A stretch of 64,000 bases of DNA from Antedon mediterranea (Eukaryota; Animalia; Echinodermata), in NCBI RefSeq assembly GCF_964355755.1, contig NC_092678.1, forward strand, positions 24,445,365 through 24,509,364, in the 5' to 3' direction. This document shows positions 39,101-48,100 of the stretch, in pieces. The notes under the pieces were generated by a model. It made no database searches, was not told the DNA's origin, and worked only from the letters and a program-made list of their open reading frames with translations. The position numbers and the translations under genes are program-made. Within the stretch, counting starts at the first letter, position 1. Every line of letters starts with the position of its first letter.

Positions 39101-42100
39101 CAACTCACTAGAGGGCTAACACATTATCCATTCACTTACCCCTCCCGTCGTTATTACGGCAGTTACCGGTACTTACCCGAACATTCTTAACAGTTGTATG
39201 TTTAATTGAAATCGATTTTGATTTGTTAATTCTCACGTGTTCGAAAATTTCTAATGTGCACTTTATAAAATTACTTAGCTTTTTATTTCACTTTTTGAAT
39301 CCCGAATTAAAGATTATTTTTTGTGCACTTTATAGAATAACTTTCTACAAACTTTTTTTTTTTTCCATTTTTTGTTGTTAGAATTTATTCGTTTTTATAT
39401 TTTATTTCAGTACTTTTACTTTATTAGTATTTTCACTATTAACTATTTGCAATGAATAGGCCATTGTTTACACCAATCCACTTTAAAGAAACATAATTAA
39501 CTAAGAACATAATAACACTTTATACAATTGTTTTTTAACCACCACCGTACATGTACTTCTAAGTAACAACTTAAAAAATTGAATGGTAAAAAGGAAAAGT
39601 CTTTAAACCTGGTCTTATCCTCCAAAAATCTTGTAACATATTTTATCTAAAGAATTATCTGTCATTATCATTCCCGAAATCCAATAATAAACCCATTTCT
39701 AGGTTGCTTGCATTTTAGGGATTGATTTTTTGGGAGCATGACAGCCTCTCTTGCAATCGTCGCTTGACAGTTTACGTTTCGTTGAATCAAACTTGTACAA
39801 GTGTTGCCAGCGACTGGTACAATGTGGAATCCATTATAGTTCGCATGCAATGTTCTTCTAATGTGAAATGCAGTGAATGTTTGCATTTTGACAGACCCAT
39901 CAAACATCAGCATTCTTTCATGTTTTTAACTCTGAGCCAAAAATGTGACATGAAAATGTGATTGACAAAATCTGTATTCAACATGAAAAAATATCAGCTA
40001 GAAAAAAAAAAGGCACAATGATAAGAATGTCACCCTTTTATCTTAGTGCATTTACTTGCATTACTATCTCTTCACTAAAGTAGTTTTTTTTGTGTAAATA
40101 GGGCGTGAGTGACCTTTAGTTAAACCCGTCTAATTAATAACCAAATACTTGGTACTGTATCTTTAATTCTGCTGTATCATAGACTAATTCTGTATACAGT
40201 GTCACATATGTTACATGTCAGATGATGAGATACAGTACAGAAAATTGAGTAAAATACAAAACGACAATATTTATTAAAGCACATATAATAGTATTATATG
40301 CATTTTTAATGTTTATATAAATTTTATTCTAAATGTTTTTTATACAATCAGTGCAATAGGAGACCTAATAGATAGTGATTAAGTTCGGTTTTTAGGTTTT
40401 AGGAATCCTGTCTCTGCCTGGTTTTGTTTGATGTTTTCTTGTTCTTTGTCCATGTTTTTTTTATATTGTATTTTTATGAGACAAAATAAATGAAATGAAA
40501 TTTAGAATAATTTACTATGACTTTTATGAACTACTTATTGGACAATCTATTTTTAGATTTTTAACCATGAATTATTTATATAATAACGCTCAATATTCTC
40601 AATAATTATTACTGTCCTTATGTTGCTCTTCAATTCCATTATTGTTTACAATCATTTGGCGTACAGTTGAGGTAATACAGCACTTGATATGCTAAGTCTT
40701 CGGTTACAGCGGTCATCCTGCATGACCACAAAAATTTGTTTAACTGATGGTCAGTTAATGTGTTTGCTGCCCTCCATGTTGAAAAAAGTTTTCAAAAATA
40801 TTACTCTGAAATTTTAAATTTTTTTTTTTTTTTTGAAAAACAAAAAATGTTAAAAACATTTGAAAACATTAAATTCCTATCCCCGAAAGTTCTCACAATT
40901 TCTTTCTGCCTGTTTCACTCATTTTAATTTGCTTTTTGCTTATTTTATTTTATATCCCCATTGAGATCCAGCCACTCGTACCCACTTATTGTCATTTTTT
41001 TCCAGTAATCTTTTGATTTAATCTATAAATGTTAGCAGGTGGAATCCATTCAGTTTTATTTTGTTTTAATTCTGGAATTTAAAACTGGTAATGCCCAACA
41101 TTATCTTAATTAGAGTTGATGTAAATAGTAGAATTGCCATTAACTGTCTGTTGCTCTCAGTGTTTCATATCATAAATGAACTTGATAAAAGTTCTGCTGT
41201 GTGCTGCTTCCCTGTTAGTATCACATTCTTTCCCAATGTTCAGCAATGATGGCTGTGTGCCTTTGTAATGTACATCAACATACGCATAATTAGATTAAAA
41301 GAGGTTTTTTAAATGGTTTGTTTTGTATGTGTGCAGTGGATACCGCCAGTGCTCAGGAGGCTGTACGTTTGCGGTATTAGCGGGGTGCACTGTACTGTCG
41401 GTTTGCACAGGAAATGGGTTTGAAGGCATTAGCGTTACTGATACAACCAAGCTGGGTATCCAAATATTATGATCGATTTTTTTTCCTATCCTAAAATAGT
41501 TTTGTAAGTAGGTAATGAATGAGATTGAACATTTATTTTGGGAATGAGATGGGTACGGAGCTGATCCATGTTCTGTTAGCTATAGGATAAGACATTGTAT
41601 TTAACATTATAGAACTTACTATTGAAATGGGTACGGAGCTGACTTTCCAATCCATGGTTCTGTTTGCTATGGGAAAAGACATGGTATTTAACATTATAGA
41701 ACTTACTATTGAAATGGGTACGGAGCTGACTTTCCAATCCATGGTTCTGTTTGCTATGGGATAAGACATGGTATGAAACATTATAGAACTTATTATTTAA
41801 ATGAGTTATAGAGCTCATACGTGGGATCTAAATGGACTAAAGAGTTCATCATTCCATTCCATGGTTCTGGCTGTTGTACTTTATTGTTAATATGGAGTAT
41901 ATTTAAAATTGTTTCTGAAGCTCTGTCTAAACTATCAAACTAATTAGACAAAAAAGTGTGATGTGCCCAAATATGATAGTGATATGACGTTATCATGCCC
42001 ATATACTGTATGGTCACAGCAAATTGTTTGTGTCACATACAGTTGATAACTGTGTATATAGAGCTTTAGGATTGAAATGGGCTATGGATTGATCGAGTAA

Positions 42101-45100
42101 GGTATTAAATGGGCGCCGCTATGAAGACCTGCTTCCATGTTCTGGCTAAGATGGGCTCTCAATAATATGTATCCAAATGAATAGAATAACAATAAATTAA
42201 CATACATGTGCTTTAATGCATTGTAATGTTACTTCTCTACATTATATTTTGAAATAATTGGAAAGAAATTTACAATGTGATCTTAACAAATTTAAGTATC
42301 ATTTTTATAGAATGTCATAAATGGATTTGTTGTTTTTTTAGGTACTGGCAGTTATACTTTTTATTTTTCTTTTATGGAAAAAACATTTTAATTTTCAAAT
42401 AAACTTTAGTTTTATGTATTTATGTTTGATATACTCACATGATAAAATTAGTTTTTTGAATTTGAGCCGATGTTTTCCCAGGGTAGGCCCCATGTGGGTC
42501 TCTGTTTTATATCCAATGTGAAATGTGATAAGAGAGTGATTGAATGTTGGAAATTACTTTAAAAATGTTTCCCTAGCTCCTCGTACTTGCTACTTTAATT
42601 CTATCTGATGTTTGTGTTTGTCCAGCGTCGTTTTATTCAAATCGTACAATGTTTTCCGCAGTTTCTCATCAGACTTCAATGTCATTTGGAAATAGGGGTA
42701 CAAAGTGGGCCAGATGACGCATACAAGTTCACCCCTACTAAATTCTGACTTGCTGTTTGATCCCATGGGAGCATCACACTTCATAGAATCTTAGCTAGTT
42801 TTCTATCAATGTTAGTGGATGGTAATTACTTTTGGCTTTTTTCGGCCTTGTTACGCGTCTGGCATTATCCAAGGTTGACAATCCTGCCACGCAATTCTGG
42901 ACTTTCTCTGTAATCCACCTGCTTAGTATACCGACAGTCTGAGCATGCTCAAATATCACTCTCAATTATATAACTACTGGTTTAAGTATATACTTAGTAT
43001 TGCGTCTTTAAGTTTTTCTTGACTGTACTTTAGTGAGTGATAAGCCTTTTTTGGCTTCCTGTTCTCTCAATTCCAATACTGGTTTTTTGTGACCACAATT
43101 TTTTTTTGTATAAAATAATTTGTTTTTCAAGGTTAAAATAAATAAAGTGTCTCCTGTAGAAATAAACCACCTAAATGGATTGCACTGACAAGTTGCACTT
43201 TTTTCTCTAATTCTTCTTACTTTCTTCTTGTTTGTTATTTATTTAAAAATCAGAACAGTACTTGATACAATGTCTTATGGTTAGCAGTCTGGGTTCAGTG
43301 AACTGTTTCCTTGGATTGTAACAGCATGGGTTCGAGTCACTGACTCATTTGTAATTGTTCTGGAAGTTGCGCAATAATCCATTGTATAATAATTTAGACA
43401 AGGGCATACGTTCCTGATGATTTTGGTAGGCTGCTTGACTTGATTTCTGTATCGCTTTACCAACTGGAAAAAAAAAATGGTGATAATGTAATGTGTTGAT
43501 CAGTCCTCATTCCAATAATATCCCTTTATCCTTTTTATTAGCAAAAGAAAACTATTCAAAATGACGGACATAAATTGAAATAATAAATGCCAGATGAAAA
43601 GCTCTAAGCAATAAAATGTCCCTGAAATGCTATGACTAACACTGATGAGTGTGGGTGTTGAGAGGGGGACACTTTTCACTTTCTGTGAAATAGCAATTGT
43701 TTACAATTCAATAACCTTTCAATTATAGTTATATTATTATATATGCATATATTTTTTCAAGTTAGATTATTGGATATTAGCTCTTTCCTTGACTTTGGTT
43801 ATTTTCCATCAAAACTAATAATAATGGAAAGTAATATAGATAAAAAGATCTCCTAAAATCAACCAAAATTGTAGGCCTATTAACTAATTAAAAAAATCGT
43901 ATTGTAATTTGTACTTTTTAGATCTTCATATAACTTATAAATTATGCCTCAACATATTTGTCATAATTAAATTTACTGTTAAATATTTAAGCATACCCAA
44001 ATGTAGGATAAGAACAACATGTTAACTGTGCGTTAGTTTCTGGCCACAAAGGTTAAAATCCTAAGCCTCTCTGTCTACCATTAATTTTTTTATGAATGGC
44101 GTTAATTTTTCTCCTTTTCTCTTGGGCTTTGGTGCAAACCAGATGCTTACGTAGTTGAGGGATGTTCTTTCATTTTTGGACTTTTGTACTTTTTCGCCTC
44201 ACAAATCAAAATCATTAAATTTGTAAATAATAGTACACTTGTTGTAGCAGAGTATGTGGGAAGGTGAGAGAATGAAGGTTTTGTTTTTGAAAGAACATTG
44301 AAGGAAAGATGTTTAAAGGCACATACAAATGATTTCCAAAATTATAATAGTACAGATAAATCAAGAGCTCTATATTAACTATCATACTTTACTAGTAAAC
44401 CAGCCTTGACACTAGAATTGCACATTTTTGTATGTTTACACACTCTTTTTTCTATCAGAGTTTAATTTCAGTCTATCAGAGTTAAATTTCAGTCTATCGG
44501 AGTTAAATTTCAGTCTATCGGAGTTAAGTTGCAGTCTATCTGAGTTTAATTGCAGTCTATCGGAGTTAAATTGCAGTCTATCTGAGTTAAATTTCAGTTT
44601 ATCAGAGTTAAATTTCAGTCTATCAGAGTTAAATCTCAGTCTATCAGAGTTTAATCTCAGTCTATCAGAGTTTAATCTCAGTCTATCAGAGTTAAATTTC
44701 AGTTTATCAGAGTTAAATTTCAGTATATTGGAGTTACTTTGTAGTTTAGATTTTTCTGTATTCAAAAAATAATTAAACCAAACAATGTTAGACTTATCTG
44801 ATACATACAAATGTACTTTTCTTTTGCATAGAAGATTAGTTGAACTAATGCATATAATTTGATTGTTGCAGTAATTTTGGAACTTGGAGTACTTTTAATT
44901 GAGGTCAGCGTTTGTGGTCTCGTCTCAATTTTAGAAAAGTTGATTATTAAACTATGTCTAGTTAAATATTTCAAATTTTCGATATTAATCATAGAACCAG
45001 GGTTCATAAATGTATAACCCAGACTTCTTCATTGTATAATCAAGGGTCTTTAATTATAATCCAGAGTCCTTAATTGTATAATCCAGGGTCTTTAATTGTA

Positions 45101-48100
45101 TAATCATGGAGCTATAAAATTATATAGCTCCATGGTATAATCCAGGGTCCTTAATTATAATCCAAAGTCCTTGTATAATCCACAGTCCTTAATTGGCAGG
45201 GTCCTGAATTTTGTAATCTAGGGTCCTTCATTATATAATCAAAGGTCCTTCATTATATAATCTAGGGTTCTTAATTTTATAATCCAGGGTCCAAGTTAAT
45301 TTTATAATCCAGGGTCCTTCATTATATAATCCAGGGTCCTTCATTATATAATCCAGGGTCCAAGTTAATTTTATAATCCAGGGTCCTTAATTATATAATC
45401 CAGGGTCCAAGTTAATTTTATAATCCAGGGTCCAAGTTAATTTTATAATCCAGGGTCCTTAATTATATAATCCAGGGTCCTTAATTATATAATCCAGGGT
45501 CCAAGTTAATTTTATAATCCAGGGTCCTTCATTATATAATCCAGGGTCCTTAATTTTATAATCAAGGGTCCTTAATTTTATTATCCAGGGTCCTTAATTG
45601 TATTTAATCCAAACAACTGTAAAGCACTGGGTTAAAATCATCCAATGTCCTCGGGTCTTAAAAGTTAGATGATTGAGGATTTAGATCGGTGTATCTTCAA
45701 TCATCTAAAGTCCTACAATCAACCGTTCTTGTTGCAAATAATCTAGGGTCCCATTGTTAAAGATTCCAGTACCCTGGACTCAAATTATGTAGGGTATAAC
45801 ATTGAATTAAAAGGTCCAAGATTATATAAAAATGTCCCTTTACCCCTATCAAATATCGCATCAGATTTTATTGCCCCCTTCCTTAGCTATATTAACCTTC
45901 TATAATTTGGCATTTGTCACAGACCCTAGGGATATGTTAGATCATGTGACTGCATGGACACGTTCAAGGCTTTCCTTAGTAATGTACCAAGCACTGTGTT
46001 TCTTATCTCTCCCCCTTCCCTCCCCCCTCCTCCATATGTGTTTCTTATCTCTCTCCCTCCTCCCCCTCCTCCATATGTGTTTCTTATCTTTCTCTCTCCC
46101 TTCCCCCTCCTCCATATGTGTTTCTTATCTCTCTCCCTTCTCTCCCCCTCCTCCATATGTGTTTCTTATCTCTCTCCCTTCCCTCCCCCTCCTCCATATG
46201 TGTTTCTTATCTCTCTCCCTTCCCTCCCCCCTCCTCCATATGTGTTTCTTATCTCTCTCCCTTCCCTCCCCCTCCTCCATATGTGTTTATTGTTATCATT
46301 GTATACTGATTTTATTGCAATATTGGTATTAAATGTTTAGTCCAACAGTTGTGGCCATTTCTTGTGGCCTCACTACATTTATTTGGAATTAAAATGGTAC
46401 GATAACTGGAATAAAGGATAATGTTAAAATGTTAAAATTAAATTTAATAACTTTAAAGAAAGCAATAAAACAAATCTGTAAATATTAACTACAGTATTAC
46501 CAAACAAATAATGAATCACTGTATAATTACTTATATAGGTAAATAGATTAGATGTTGTTTTTTTTTATCTAAGCCCAATAATCCTGTGTTTATGTCAACG
46601 CCTCACACCCATTTATTGTCTCTCCTTACTATGGGATTATGGGTTTGACGCAGACAGATTACCCACCCACATAAGTTTCCGGTTTTCACCATTCTATATA
46701 TGTGTATATTGTCGTTGGGTTTCCGCAAAATCTGCAATAAATTTGGTAGGAAATCATTATTGTCATTTGCATTAGTTGAATAATTATTGCCAGTGTAGGT
46801 TAGTGATTAACGTGCTTGCTTGCTATTTCCAAGGGCTTAAGTCCAAATCTGCTTCTTTTCAAGATTTGTCTTATGTTGAGCTCTTCTGTGTTATCAAGAA
46901 TATAGCATACTTTTATCCTGTAGTTTTCAATCAAGAATTATCAATAACCTTTCTTTTAAATCCAAATCTAAAAAGAAAACTTTTTTAAAGAAATTATTTT
47001 CTCTTGTTAGAGACACAGCAGATTACTGGAGAATTGGTAATATGTATTTACAAATTCTTGCCAGGATTTGTCTTGCTCTAGTTGCTACCATAAAAGAATG
47101 TCTAAATCTCGTCTTTATTCCTTAAATTGTTTAAATCCAATATTTATTTTTAAGCTAAAGGTATCCCTCAATTATTTAGTCTTTTGTTTATTCACTTTGT
47201 GTGCAAAGTACTCGTATTATGTTCATCTGTTACATAAGGTGGAAATATTTTAGTCAGAAAAAAAGTTTGATCAGAAATAGATTTTTTTATATGTGGAGTA
47301 AATTCTTCATTTTTAAATAAAAAAATTTCCTCACAAATTTTAACTATAGTTACAGTATGTCTTGGAAAAATCGAGGATACCAACAGTAAACTCTTCCAAT
47401 AAACTCTCTGAAAACCTGAAACTTTCCAAAAACTTCCTAAAGGTCCAAAAATATTTTTACCACACATTCAGAATACTAGAATTCCCAGAAAACCAAACAT
47501 ATTAACCCAACCCAAGCGTGTCCGATATTGGGAGAGTTGACAGTACCTATTTACACTTTCATCTGATTCCATACTGAAGTAAATAGTATATGCCGTTCTT
47601 CAGGTCATTAATTTTGTCTACAAAAATAAAAATTAATTGACCCAATAAAATGTCGCTTTTAAGAGGGATATTTAGCAAGTTTGAATTCTAAACACTTTTG
47701 AAGTTTCTTTATCAAATATGCATTAGAAATAATAATATGTACTTTTAACCATCATTTATGGTCAGTGATTTTCATAAGACATAGTCTTCAACAATCAAAT
47801 GCATTTTTAGATCCGAGTTATATTATACCATCAATTTTGTTTGATGAAAACCCTGCATTTTTTATGTTTTGACTTGAATACAAATAATTAATAAGTAAAA
47901 GTATTTGATTAATTGATTATTAATTGATTATTATTGATTATTAATTGATAGCTGAATTATACTTATTAATTAATTAATAATTAGTTTTACTAATTGATTT
48001 TATAATTTCTTATTAATTGAATATTATAAATTGTAAGCCAATGGTGGATGTGAATTCTAACCATATCGTTCCATATCATCTGTACTATTTATGTTAAAAC

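Larger units (their letters stand above)
30560..43463 (-). pseudogene. Nested antisense multi-exon pseudogene or lncRNA in MCM10 introns 16-17
   Basis: Minus-strand blocks with pyrimidine tract+AG acceptors and mostly GT donors: 43463-~42587, 35784-35734 (or 35625), 33498-33325, 31745-31663, 30955-~30560. Coding-like composition but stops in all frames. Confidence 0.4.

Noticed and set aside
44428-44810. Leucine-heptad ORF (LSELNFS)n resembling a leucine zipper or LRR
   Set aside because: 21-bp minisatellite open on both strands; no splice or start context.
45832-46340. Overlapping Pro/Leu-rich ORFs
   Set aside because: Pyrimidine-rich minisatellite.
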